This document shows positions 1 to 16,322 of a stretch of 64,000 bases of DNA, in pieces. Source of the DNA: the human T2T-CHM13v2.0 reference genome, Homo sapiens. The translations under genes were made by a program, and so were the position numbers. The DNA is taken from NCBI RefSeq assembly GCF_009914755.1, contig NC_060935.1. The stretch is one strand, 5' to 3'. Under the pieces are notes generated by a model, which was not told where the DNA came from, did not search any database, and saw nothing but the letters and a program-made list of their open reading frames with translations. The first letter of the stretch is position 1, and each line of letters opens with the position of its first letter.

Positions 1-1773
1 TTAGTGCCAACTATCTTTCCTTTTTTCCATGGCCATAAAAATCTTTTTCCTTGAGGAGTAAAACAAACAACGCCATGGGAAAAGAAGCCAAAACCAATAG
101 TGAGAGAAATAAAAACCTGAGTTCTGCGGGCTGGTGATGTATTTTTCAATTTCTTTCTTTTTAAGTAAAAAGGTGATTTCTAGTTTCCAAATCGGTAACA
201 CCTTCATCAAGATGTGCATCAGTGGAAGTACATAGGTAGGAGTATAAAGAGAAAGGAAAAGTGAAGAAGATGATCAAAAATAAAAATAACAGTTAAGGGG
301 CATAGTAATATTAACATGCTTAGAGTAACTTACACAGAGCAAACAATCAGTTTTTCTAGTCAATTCAAACAATTTCTCTTCTTTAGGTACAGAAAGAATA
401 ACAAAGATCACTCAGGTCAAAACTAAGATATCTGGAGTTGAGTTGTTATAACTTATCTACTCATACAAGACCAAATAAAATAATCCTCACTAAAGATTAA
501 CTCCATTTCTTCAGAATGGCAAAATGACATACAGATATTTGCTAAAAAGGACAATGTACAAACAAAACCTTAAACTATCAAAGAAACAGAACGAAACATT
601 TACTCTTCCTCTGGTGCTTCTTGCTAACTAACACTGCTGGCTCAGAGCAGCACCATGCCTTCTTTGACTCATTCTTGTGGTATTCCTCCATAAGGAGTAA
701 GCTAGCATAGCCAAGACAAGGCTGAAGAGAGTGGTCAGCAGACTACAGTAAAGACTGGGGGAGAACAAACCAGGGAAAGAACACTTGAGGATGCATGCAT
801 TTAGATAATGCAGCTTAGAAAATACAACTTGTTCTCCAGGATCACAGAACTGTAGTCTGTGAGGGTGGGGAGGTCCTCATCTGTCTCATTCACTGATGTA
901 TGAACAGCAGCTGGTAGAGTGTCTGGCTGAAAACAGGCATCCAGTAAGTAGATGTGGAAATAATGGATGAATGATATCTGCATGGAACTCTGGGCATTTA
1001 CCCAGTTGATCCCTTTTTAGTTTGTAGTTTTTTCCATAGCAGTGGATATCCCCTAACACCTACTACATGAAATTCTATTTTATTTGTTGCTCCAAGCCTA
1101 GATGAGAAGAGGGAGGCTACTCTTCCGCCAATGTGTCAGTGTTTCCCAACCCTATAAAACACACATCACTTTTGATAAACATAAGCCTCAGACTTCTGCC
1201 CCAGAGATGCTCATATCAGTTGGTAATCACTGCTTACAAGCTCTGACATGTTACACAAATGTCCTTCTTCCACCATCTCCATAGGTGCTGAGATAACCTC
1301 TTGAAAAAGATACAATTCTCTCCATACTCTGTTCTCTAGCGGAGAACCATGACACCACTCTAAATCCAGCCTCAGGTCGTCTTAGGCTCTCTTTCCTGGG
1401 TGACCCAACACTGGAAATGAACTTTACCCTCTGAAAGACCACCCCTCATGCCAGCTATCTGTGAAGACACAGATCAATCTTCACATGCCTCCAACAGTAC
1501 AACAATATAATGATACCCCCAGGAGATACGTGTACACTTAAGAGTGTTGGGGTACTGTTTCCCAGCAGCTGTTTCCTGTGATTCAGCAAGCTGATGATTC
1601 AACCAATATTTGGCAACAGGTCTTGACAATTTAAGTCCATGTTCTATTGACGGCTCTGTGCTGCCCCTTCCCACACCCTACTGCTCTTATTTTTCAAGGA
1701 CTGCCTCCATTCTGATGAATCCTCCCCATTTATAGATCAAAACTAAAGCTGAGCACAGTGGCCCTGCTGGTAC

Positions 1774-1893
1774 CTTGTCTATTCTAGAGACCATAAATGG
1801 TTTCTTGACAAAGGCAATACGAGCATCTGTGTTCAGAGCAAGGAACTCCTGCACCTCCTCACTGTTAGCGATCTCTGGAATGGCACAGAGTTG
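1774..1893 (-). CDS. SNX19: SNX19 exon 4 (120 nt; end of PX, QLCAIPEIANSEEVQEFLALNTDARIAFVKKPFMVSRIDK)
   Basis: TTTTGCAG|CAA acceptor, AAG|GTACCA donor; 132-nt intron 3; typical PX C-terminal helix EEVQEFL. Confidence 0.95.
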
Positions 1894-2025
1894 CTGCAAA
1901 AGTAAAACACACACACATTTTAAAGAGAAATTCCAGTCCCCAAATCTCTCCACCTTGGCTTGGGTGTTCTGGGGTTAGACACCCAGGTTAAAGTGAGAAC
2001 AAGGCCAAAAGAGAAGGATGCTGAC

Positions 2026-2126
2026 CTTTAGGAATGATTCTAGGAGGCTCTTACGGGCTTCTACTCTGTCACTGTCCATGTTTCCAAATGGAAGATCTGG
2101 AAAGAGCTTTTTAGGACCCTTCACAT
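2026..2126 (-). CDS. SNX19: SNX19 exon 3 (101 nt; PX domain, NVKGPKKLFPDLPFGNMDSDRVEARKSLLESFLK)
   Basis: T15-GAAG|AT acceptor; the split codon A+AT gives Asn and keeps the frame; AAG|GTCAGC donor at 2025. Confidence 0.95.
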
Positions 2127-2309
2127 CTTCAAAAAAAAAAAAAAATCAAAATATTCACTCATTTAACATTCACAGAGAGCTATTCCATATAAAACATATA
2201 AAGAAAACAGAACTATTGAATATATTTCCTTGGATTAAAAAAAACAATTTCAGGACTTCCAAATATACATACGATCCATATGATCCATATAACACTAAAT
2301 TGTTACAAG

Positions 2310-2543
2310 AGAGGGCTCTGAAGTCCAGAGACCCAAGTTTAAATCTGGGCTCAATCCCTACTATAATGATGATCTTAGGCCATTTGTGTTATCTTTCTGA
2401 CTCTGTTTCTCTTCTACAAGATGAGGATAATGAGGGCACCTATCTCACAGGCTGACGGGAGCATTAAAAGAGCTAATACGTGTAAAGTGCTTAGGAGAGA
2501 ACCTGGCGCATATTTTCAAGCTTGGCTCAGTATTAGCTATTGT
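2310..2543 (+). mobile_element. MIR SINE
   Basis: MIR core-like: tctgactctgtttctcttctacaagatgaggataat...tgtaaagtgcttag...cctggc. Confidence 0.75.
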
Positions 2544-2668
2544 GTTAAGAAAGAAAATACATAATTTATGCCCAAACTTATTCAACTATTTGGGTAATCA
2601 TTTTTAAAAAACAAAGTAACCAGTTACTAATCCTTAAGAGTGAAATTTTATTACATTAAAAAATATTT

Positions 2669-2988
<320 letters not shown>

Positions 2989-3387
2989 TCAAACAGCACA
3001 CAAAAGATCTGGGTGTTAAGGAAAGAAGGTGGCAACAACTTCTGTGTAATATTTTAATATTTAAGAACCACCAATCTATGAATCTGGAAAAGTTAATTTA
3101 ACTCCTCACACCAACTTACAGGCACAGGTGGAAATGTGAACACTTATTTTTTAATCTTAAACTAGATGGGGCTCCAGAACAAAGCAGTTGGCAGTAAAGG
3201 ACTACCTCTGAAAGAATGTGATTGCTGCTGTCCAGCACTAAACTTCAAAACTCCTGAAGCAAATCCAGGGAGCAGAGAACCTTGAAACGGCATTCTCCTC
3301 CCCGATCCCTCCCATAAACCAACAGGCCAATCAGCGTGGCTCGACGTGGGAAGCAAGCGGGCAGTAGGGGTTGGGGAAACTCCTGAC

Positions 3388-3526
3388 TTTTGATGAACTT
3401 TCGTAGATCTGGTTTCTCCTCCAGACGGGTCTGCAGATTCAAGAACTCCCGATAGCGACGATTCACAGTGTGGTAGGCCAGCTGCTGCAGGCCGCTGCTG
3501 TTTTCACCGTCAAGGGCTGTCTCGTA
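3388..3526 (-). CDS. SNX19: SNX19 exon 2 (139 nt; PX domain including the RRY phosphoinositide-binding motif, R581-R582-Y583)
   Basis: ACAG|TAC acceptor at 3528-3527; encodes YETALDGENSSGLQQLAYHTVNRRYREFLNLQTRLEEKPDLRKFIK; donor A|GTCAGG at 3387; in frame with exon 1. Confidence 0.95.
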
Positions 3527-5669
3527 CTGTTCAACGAACAAATTGATTGACTCAATCAGCCGGGTTTCAGCAATCTTCTATTCTGGCTTTACTGACTACT
3601 TGGTCAATGGCCACATAGCAAGAGTACGAAACTAAGAACAAAGGGAGGGAGTATGTTCCTATTCTGTTCCAGAACCTCCTATATCTAATTGCTTAGAAAG
3701 TCAGAAATGAGTTTCACTCCTCCGCACTACTACTTTCATCTGAAAGCTCCCTCTCCCAGATACTTTCTTGACTTATAAAAATGGCTACATAACTGTTTTT
3801 CAAATGAATATTTGAATAGAAGGCATAACATCCATAAAAATGATACTGCCTCTATCACCTTTAAATTACAGGGCTAAACATCATAAGGGGCAAACCATTT
3901 TTCCATTATACTCTCCCGTGATTATTTATATTAGTTAAGGGAAGAAGAAGTAATCCAAACAGCAGATATAAATCATTTGTTTATCTGGAATAAATTAAAG
4001 GGTATTTGTTTTGTTTCACGCAGATTAATTTTCCTAATTGTTATTCTTAGAGCTAAACTGAATTTTTCCTAAGTACGTATCATCTGTATCACAGAAGTCA
4101 CATGAAAATTGGAGATGTGATAAGGGGTCAAAGTCCACTGTCTTCCTAAGCTTAGAGGGCTGGTATGTGGAAAAGACGACTTATATCTCATGTTCCCCAA
4201 AGAGTGAATACCACGGATGGCATGGAATCTGCAACTCAGCATGGGGGCACACTTCTTGACAGGGTAGTTAAGACACAATGAAACGCTGTGGGAGAAGTAT
4301 ATATGTGCGCCTTCTCATTAGGAATGGGCTATTATTTTTCGGTTGAGGTATACTGTGGGCAAGAGGTGGAAAAAACTACCTCCTCGTTGGTGGGAGTTGT
4401 GGCTGGTGCTTTACAATTTTCTGGAGACAGGGTATTCATTATGAGCTGATGTGAGCAAAGCAGTCCCTCAGAACAGCACTGAGAAGGAAAGACCAAGTAA
4501 GAGCAACAGGTGGCATTCAGGGTGGGGCTCTCAAGCCTGGAGCATTTGGAACTATGAGGCTTTCTGTGGAATATGCTGCTCCTCGAGGGCCAATTTTCAA
4601 CACCGTTATGGTTACTTCCATCACATAAACCGAAAACTATTTACTATCAGAAAGTATAATAATATTGATATACAATTTAAAATCAGTTATATGTCCATAT
4701 AAAAATCTAAACCCAATTTCAAACTACTCATAATTGGCTATATTATTTCGTTCTCATTTTTTACTTTACTCTTTTCTAATGCTTAATTGAAGCAGTAGCA
4801 GATGTCAAAATCTAGCCAACAACAAAAAAGAACAAATAATGGGAGAAAGACTGGGAACTTAAACATTCTATCCATCAACTTAATTTTTCTGCTAATGAGG
4901 AGGGAAAAAACCTGCTGTTTTATGTCAGTATTGGAATAGTCATTAAAAAAAGATGAAATAACCAGAAGCCAACACTTAAATGTGAGAAAGGTGCATGGCA
5001 TAGGGGCATCCAGAATTAGAACAAAAAGGCAGGAAAATGTTAACAAAGTTATACCAGTCCTTTGAGGCTAGTCTCAGTTATTTTATGACCAGACATCTGT
5101 ACTTCTACAATTTGCCTATAATGAGTGTGTGTCTGTGTGTTCACCCATATGCATTTCTAATTACTTCCATTCCGTCTTACTTGAAAATGTCATAATGTTA
5201 CTTTCTAAAATGCTATGTCATGATGCAGCTGTGTTGAGCAGATCAAGGAAGGTCTTTTCCCTCTTAGTTGGATTGGGAGTTCGGAGGAGTGTAGCAAGCA
5301 GGCTGTCCCTGGTGGTAGCTTGTGGACTCAAATGAGAGAAATTCAAGTGTGGAAGGCAAGTAAAATCCAATGGGTAGGATCTTGTCCAAGAATTTTCTTT
5401 CTCAACTTCTTCCCTGCTGATTTCTTTTTCAAAATACTGGTACATTTTGTACTTTGTTTTAGGAAGGTAGGTTATTTACCTATGTCTATCTCAGAAGATA
5501 GCAAGTTTTTGACTCTTGGAGGTGTGTAAGCAGACTTGGGAACAACTTGACAAGAGATAACATGAAGAGGGTTGGTTGGATTAGAGAGGCAATTCCCCAA
5601 GATGGCCTTAGGACAGGCTGACTCTATGTTATCTGGAGAGTTCTATTTGAAAATAAATAAAATACAGAA

Positions 5670-5785
5670 TCCAGGGACCCCTCCTTAGAAATTCTCATAC
5701 AGAATCCAACAGAGTCTGTCAGAATCTGTATATCTGAAAGGCAGCTCAAGTGATTTTGAGGTGCAGCCAAGTTTGGGAACCACTG
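5670..5785. mobile_element. MER5-like hAT-Charlie fragment
   Basis: Ends with the MER5-type terminus caagtttgggaaccactg. Confidence 0.55.
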
Positions 5786-6019
5786 AAAATATAACCCTCA
5801 GCATTCTAGCAGCCCTGAGGTTCCAGGATTGCTTGTGTGAGTACAGGATAAACGCTACTCTGCCTTACATATTAGCTTCAGACCATTCACAGAGATAGAT
5901 GCCTATTGAAAGAACCACTTCAAACTAACAGCATCTCTCCCCCAAGAACATTTGCTTCATGACTGCTTTCCAAACCCACTCCTAGCCCGGGTGAGCACCC
6001 ACAGCTTTAATCCTGTTAC

Positions 6020-7693
6020 CTTCACAGTATAGAGTGTGTATGGGTGGAATCCAGTGCCACTGTGCTCTCGGGCTGTAATGGTGCCAGTGATACGAAGGTT
6101 CTGGATGATAACTGGACCATCGGGACTGCTTAGGGGCTCAAAGCTGAAGGTGGCTGAGCTGAGAGGACCAGGTGGAGAGGAGGAAAGCAGAACTGGTGGC
6201 AGAGTAGGATCAAGGGAGCTCACATCATTGGTGAGATCCTTCTCTAAGCATGACGGCCGTGAGGGGCAGGTCTTTTCTGGCCCCTCCAGCAAAGCTGTAA
6301 CAGAGGCGGTAACATCTCCTTGTTCTATCTCCTTGTCTGCTGTGTCAATATGGATCTCTGGGCAGGAATTCAGTGTGGAGACCGGCAGGCCTGTCTCTGT
6401 TTCTGTCCCTGGACCCTCCTCAGCCTCTGCTCCTTCAGATGCCTCACCATCTTTGGGTTCCAGAGCCTGGGAACTCTCTAGGGCACACAGGGCATCCTGA
6501 ATCCTGTCAGAGAGAAAGCTGCCTGGAGTCATGAGCATGATGGTTTCTTTGCCCAGTTCAGACAGCGGAGACTCCAGCTCTGAGTCTTCACATAAGAACA
6601 GGGGACCTCGAAGATTTGGCTGTAGGAAATGAGATGAGTTGTTTCCTACTTTTCTTTCTTCACACATCCCACCCAAATCTCCCTCTACAGCTTCGTGGCC
6701 TTCTTCAACCTCTGGAGAGGGGCCTGCAGAACCCTCTGGCTCACTGTAACTTAGGAATACTGGGGCTGCTACTGGAGAAGCTCTCCCTTCTGGAAGCTGC
6801 TCTACCTCAGCAATCAGTGGCAGAGATGTGGGCACTGAGGGCTGTTCGGGGGCACTGGCTGGGCAGGGTGCTGGATCTCTGGCCTTGGAAAAGATACCCA
6901 CGAGTACAAGGTGGATCCAGTCAGGATCTGACAGCCTGCTGATCAGTGGTAAGATTACATTGCATGTGATGAGTTCGACCACTACATGGCGTCCGGTACG
7001 AGTCTCCAAGTGGGGCTTGGGCACCAGCCCTTGAAGCAACAAATTCACAACGCCACGCGTATAGGTGACTTCAGCACTGGGGCTGTGCACAGCAGGATGT
7101 GGGGCAGTCGCCCGGCAGTAAGCCTCCCAGAGGTGGGAAGGCTCAACTGGACCATTCTTCCCTGCAGTGGCCTCCTTTGCCTGAATGTAGCTCTGCAGGT
7201 GACAACCGCAGAGAGTCAGAACACTCTGGGCAACAGCATGACTGTCCATCACGCTCATCCTTCTCCGAAGCTCCTGGACCAACCCTTTCATGGCTGCCTC
7301 CATTTCTTCCTCAAAGGCTGGCTCCTGGCTCACGGAACGGTACCAAGATAACACAAAATCTCGAATAATCATCTGGATGGTGCGGTTGATCTCCCGTTCC
7401 AGCTGCCTTTCTGCCTCAGGGCATGGAGGACAGGTGGCCAACGGGATGAAGCGTTCCAGATGCAGTCGACCTGAAGCCACTCCAGCGAGGCTGGAGCCCA
7501 GCCATCCTCCCAGCACCACTAGCAATGCCGACAGAAGGCACAGCAGCCACACGTTGACCAGAAGGTGTATGACCAGGAGCCAGCCAAGCAAGACCCCCAC
7601 AGCCATCAGCTTCCGGCTACTCAACAGGTTATTGAGGTGACAGCTCGATCCAGCTGGAGTTTCCTGGAACGGTGGCACTGTTTCTGTCTTCAT
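6020..7693 (-). CDS. SNX19: Sorting nexin 19, coding part of exon 1 (aa 1-558: N-terminal TM hairpin, PXA domain, acidic/Pro-rich linker, first PX strand)
   Basis: ORF 5957-7735 contains MKTETVPPFQ... from the ATG at 7693 (context GCCATGA), a hydrophobic double TM segment and the PXA signature IIRDFVLSWY. It ends YTLYTVK|GTAACA with the donor at 6019-6018. 1674 nt = 558 codons, phase 0. Confidence 0.97.
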
Positions 7694-7949
7694 GGCTGAA
7701 CGGACAAGGTGGCTTCCCCAGATGACAGCCCTCAAGATTTTACTTCAGAGTTAGGGAAGGGGGGCATGAACTGTGTCTCAGATATGGGGCGATCTGGGTG
7801 CTGTTCAGGGAACCGGGGCTCCAGGCCCTCAAAGTCCTACAGGCACTGCAAAGCGACAGCTGCAGCTCCGCGTCTCCCCATGGCTACCACTAACAGAGCC
7901 CTCCAACTCGCCCCTTCCAGCTGAGGTGTGGCTTTGGAGGAAAACTCTG

Positions 7950-8500
7950 TGGCCTTCACACTGCCCCAGGCGGAAGGCCTCTTCGGGGCCTCGGGGCGGG
8001 CGCTGCAAGGCCCTGGGGCCCACGGACACTTACACACGCAGCGGGCAGCGGCCGGCGAAGACTGGGTCACACGCCGCCGGGAACCGCGCGCCCACACTCA
8101 GCCCCGACCTGAAGTGGACTCATCGCGGTCCTCTCCGGGAGCCTCGGCCCTCTGCCGCCGTAAACCTGGGCGACTGCGCTCCGCAGCCGGGCCTGTGTGA
8201 AGGATGACCGCCGGCCGGCCGCCGGCGACAGCTTCCGGGTCGACGTCGACGGGAGCGAGGCATGCTGGGAGAGCGTCCGCGCGCGCCCCGAGGAGCGGCG
8301 CTGCCCGGCGCCCTCTGCTGGCGAGGAGCCGCCCTGACGGCCCTGCGCGAGGTAGTCTCTGAGCCTGAGCCTGAGCCTGAGCGCGCACGGGGCGCGTGCT
8401 CGCCAAGAGCTGGCGCAGATTTCCGAAGTGCCACGAAACAGAGCCGCCGCAGCATCACCGCTAAGACCCAGACTTCCAGGCGCTTTAAAACGCGTCCTAG
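7950..8500 (-). promoter_or_regulatory. SNX19: CpG island / TATA-less promoter and 5' UTR of SNX19
   Basis: Very high GC and CpG density directly upstream of the start codon; GC box GGGGCGGG 7993-8000; ETS motif CCGGAAG (minus) 8232-8238; GCGC-rich elements ~8380-8400. The exact TSS cannot be read from sequence. Confidence 0.88.
8359..8382. repeat. (CTGAGC)4 hexamer tandem repeat in the promoter
   Basis: Four perfect units read directly. Confidence 0.95.
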
Positions 8501-8789
8501 TTCTGGTTATTAAATGAAGCCTGTCCTTTACTGCTTAGGCACGCTGTCAATAATCCGGTTTATTTTAATTTCATGGAGGCGAAGTTTCATTGGCCTGATG
8601 TGTCTTAACATTTATCCGGTTTCCCCTAGAGCCGGTACCCCGCGTCCCCAGCACAAAGACCCTCATTTGTTGTCAGGAATTGCAGAATATAAGGCATGAA
8701 ACGATACAGAGATAGATTTATGTTGTACATTTCATATACTGTATCACAAAATCAAATTTGTGATTGAGGGTTATTTGCTGGTGGCATTA

Positions 8790-9062
8790 CACAAACAATC
8801 AAATATTTTGAGCATCTGCTGTCTTCAATGTGAGAGGCAGCGTGGACGAATAGAAGCAGACCTTGTCCTCCAGGACCTCCTGCTAACTGGGGATGCCAGC
8901 GCTTTGAACGCGATTGGCTATCTAGTAATGCCAGTCAGCGTGCGATATAGTAAAATACAAAATCTTATAGGAATTCAGGGGAAGGAGAGATCACTGTGGG
9001 TTGCAATGGTTAAGGAGAAGCTCACAGAAAAGGTGCCTTTCTGCTGAGTCTTCAAGGATGAG
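8790..9062 (-). mobile_element. L2 LINE 3' fragment
   Basis: caaatattttgagcatctgct...cttgtcctccaggacctc...ctgagtcttcaaggatga resembles the L2 3' end. Confidence 0.55.
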
Positions 9063-10309
9063 GGTTTCTATTTCCCTCTATCTCTTCTCGCCTTATCCTC
9101 CCCAAAAACATAGAAAAGGAAAGCAGAGATAGAGGTGTCCTTTCAGATAATCCTGTAATATATTTGCTTTGGAATATGCTCTATGTTGGATTGTTTTTGG
9201 TTTTAGCAAATTAGACTTCACTTGTCTACACAGGAACCTATAGGAAGACAAAATACCGGAAGCACTGACCAGGTGTCAAAAGTGTTAGTGTCAGTTTTGC
9301 GTGAAGCCAGCTTCCATGTCCACCTTGGGCCCTAGGAGCTGTGCCCGCAGGGTGGGTCTCCTTTCCATTTAGGCATAGGATTCGCATCGTTTGCACAGAG
9401 CTGCTCATGGTTGCCCTTCGTCCACCTTCTCTGTGCTGTGAGCAGTCTTTCATCATCATGGACTACTCCCTAGATGTTTAAAGGAATCTTCAAACAAATC
9501 CCAACCCAAAACTCTGCCAACAAGAAGTGCGTTGCAGCTTCCTGTCTCGTCCATTGCTGCTGTTGGGGCAGAGACTTCCTTTGAATACGAAAGAAGCCAT
9601 CATTTAGATGTGACCCGTAGTTTACGATTCATCACTTCTAAAGCAAATGGTTTGATTTAGGATCAGTGTCCACTAAGCAGACTGGGCACTCCCGTGAGAT
9701 GGCAGAATGTGAATCCACGGTTTCACGGTCCATACCTTTTCACTGCTGCCTGCCTTCCCGCAGAAAAGGAACCCGAGAAGTGGGCTCTGCCCCTCTACCT
9801 TCCCAGACCATTCTAATGTCCTCAGGAGCACTTAGAAAATGGCAACAATGCTCTGGAGAAAAGTCCCTGCCACCTAGTTGGGAGCTAAAACAGAAATGTG
9901 AATGATGAAGGGACTACCGACGGTGCTGAAGACTTCCTGTGGCAGTTCAAAGAGAAAGTTTACTTGGCAGCATAATCTGGAGTGTTCAGGGCAGTAAGGA
10001 AGTGACCTTGCAAGTGGGCGCTATGCCACCTGACCAGATGGTCTGGAGCATCAAGGTAGCCAAGAGTGCCTTCCTGATTCTGAAGCGGGTTTGATGGACA
10101 TGCCCGTGCACTTGTCATTTGGACGGGTGTGAGCTCCTGCCTGGGGGTCTGGGCAGACCCTGGTCTCCAAACAGATTAATCACTGGGAGGAGGTGAGAGT
10201 CAGGACTGATGTGCCCTGGTGTGTGTATGTGGGGTGGGGAGACTTGGCCACACCACTCACCATCTGGAGACGTCCTTCCTTCTTTCCTTTTCCCTATTTC
10301 TCAAAACAT

Positions 10310-10660
10310 TAAAGGCATAGTGCTAGAGTGTTGGAGAAAACAAGACAAATAAGATACAATAATTCTCCTCAAGGGACTCTCAGTCTAGTTAAAGGAGAGA
10401 CACATAAATATATAAACGTAATGAAACATGATCACGTGTGTAATGTGATGTGTTCTGATGTGTTGTAATAGAAGTGCATACAATAAAATCGAAACACAAA
10501 GCGGGTGGTCAGCTGTGGAGGGGGGTGGCTCATAGACAGTTTTCCCTTAAGTTGGGAAATGAAAAAGAATTGAGTGTATTTTAGGAAATGTTGGGTAGCG
10601 AGAGCAAGGGGCAAACAGAAGGAAGGTCTTTCAGGCAGAGGCCTGCTCATAAGAAACAGG
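10310..10660 (-). mobile_element. L2 LINE fragment
   Basis: ggcatagtgctagag...ctcaagggactctcagtctagt...gagacacataaa, L2-like. Confidence 0.55.
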
Positions 10661-10874
10661 CAGAGACCATGAGAGCAGGGGGGCCCGTGACATAGGCCCT
10701 GCCAGAGCCAGCCCGCACCCCACTTGAATTTTCTCTCAAAATAGAAGACCAGGAGGCTTCCTAAAGAGAAGCTCAGTGATGGGGCAAGTGAGTGAGAAGA
10801 GGCGATGGTATGGAATTATTGCTGTGGGATATAGAAAGGGAGCTATCGAAGGTCAGGTAAAAAGATGAAGTGGG

Positions 10875-13524
<2,650 letters not shown>

Positions 13525-13777
13525 AGTATCCTCGGTATAAAAGAGAAGCAAGCAGGAGGTATCAAGGTAGATGAAGTGAAAGGAGAAAAGATTAGGACCT
13601 TCACATCCTGGGAAGAGAGTGGTTACAGTGGAAAATCATGGAGTCTAGGTATCTGGGAAGGAAAACGAAGCCAGGAGAGAGACAAACAGCTGTGAGGAGA
13701 GGATGAGCTGTACTGGGAGCAAGTGAGTAAGAGCCAGAAGAAAAAGACCTGTGGCTCAAGATTGGTCCATCAGAGCC

Positions 13778-14447
<670 letters not shown>

Positions 14448-14706
14448 GAGGCTACATGCCTAAAGATGAAAATGTTTTTGTGGTAATAAAGTCTGGGTGT
14501 GGCCAGATGAGTTTCTGAAATAGGGTCTGGATAACCTAGGGCTAGGGTTGAAGGAGACATTTTGAGTCTATGTTTTGGAGAAGGATGATCTACATGGTCA
14601 AGGAAGTCACTAATGTTAGGGTAGAGAGGACTAGGATCTTGGTACAAATGTTCTCAGTAAGTGAGAAGAATGACCAGGAAGTTGGAAGGTGATGTAATAC
14701 GAGGAG

Positions 14707-15084
14707 TGATATGGTTTGGCTCTGTGTCCCCACCCAAATCTCATGTAGCACTGTGATCCTGAGTTTTGGAGGTGGGGCCTGGTGGGAGGTGATTGGATCA
14801 TGGGGGTGGTTTCTAATGAGTTAGCACCGTCACCCTAGCGCTGTTTCGTGATAGAGTTCTCGTGGGATCTGGTTGTTTAAAAGTGTGTAGTGCCTCCCCC
14901 TTTACTCTCTCTCTCCTGCTGTCTTATGAAGATATGCTTCCTTCCCCTTTGCCTTCTGCCATGATTTTAAGTTCCCTGAGGCCTCCCCAGCCATGCCGAA
15001 CTGTGAGTCAATTAAATCTCTTTTCTTCTTAAATTACCCAGTCTAAGGTAGTTCTTTATAGCAATATGAGAACAGAGTAATACA
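14707..15084 (+). mobile_element. MST (MSTA-like) MaLR solo LTR
   Basis: TGATATGGTTTGGCTCTGTGTCCCC...TAATACA; perfect TSD AGGAG (14702-14706, 15085-15089). Confidence 0.9.
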
Positions 15085-15557
15085 AGGAGTAAAGAAAGTA
15101 TGGTGATACCAAAAGAAAAGAAGGAAATTGTGTGTAATTTGGGAAAGAATCATCTAAAAGCATCCATGAAGAACTAGGATATTGGCAGGAGCATCTCCAC
15201 ATCCTGCCTTAGGCGCGGTGATGGAGCAAAATAGCCACCAGAGGGCAGCAGAAAGTATGGCATCTTAAGGAGAAACTGCATCTTACTTATTCATTTGTCA
15301 GTCCCATGTCTATCCATTCACCCCACGAGGATTAAGCCAGATATTGGGAATTCAAACATGGTCTTTATATAGTTTATCTTCTTAAAGAATTCACAGTCTA
15401 ATGCAAGAGATGGATATTGACACAATGTAAAAAGTGCTATAATCAAAATATGTCAAAATATGGGAAGGCAGAAAATTAGGAACAGTTGCACAGAAGAGAT
15501 GACTTTTGAGCTGGCCTTAAAGGGTGGGTTGAATTTCCCATAAAGACAAGAGTAACA

Positions 15558-16322
<765 letters not shown>

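Noticed and set aside
6006-6011. ATTAAA (minus) just after the exon 1 donor as an intronic polyadenylation signal
   Set aside because: It lies upstream of the read-through stop at 5957-5959 and has no other support; a hexamer is expected by chance
5957-7735. 592-aa ORF as a single-exon gene or processed SNX19 pseudogene
   Set aside because: The track starts at a non-ATG codon 14 codons before the real ATG (7693) and reads 20 codons past the donor at 6019. In-frame downstream exons and a CpG island show this is the intron-containing gene.
6036-8513. Multiple overlapping ORFs antisense to exon 1 and across the CpG island
   Set aside because: Expected from stop-codon scarcity in GC-rich or coding-antisense DNA; no recognisable domains
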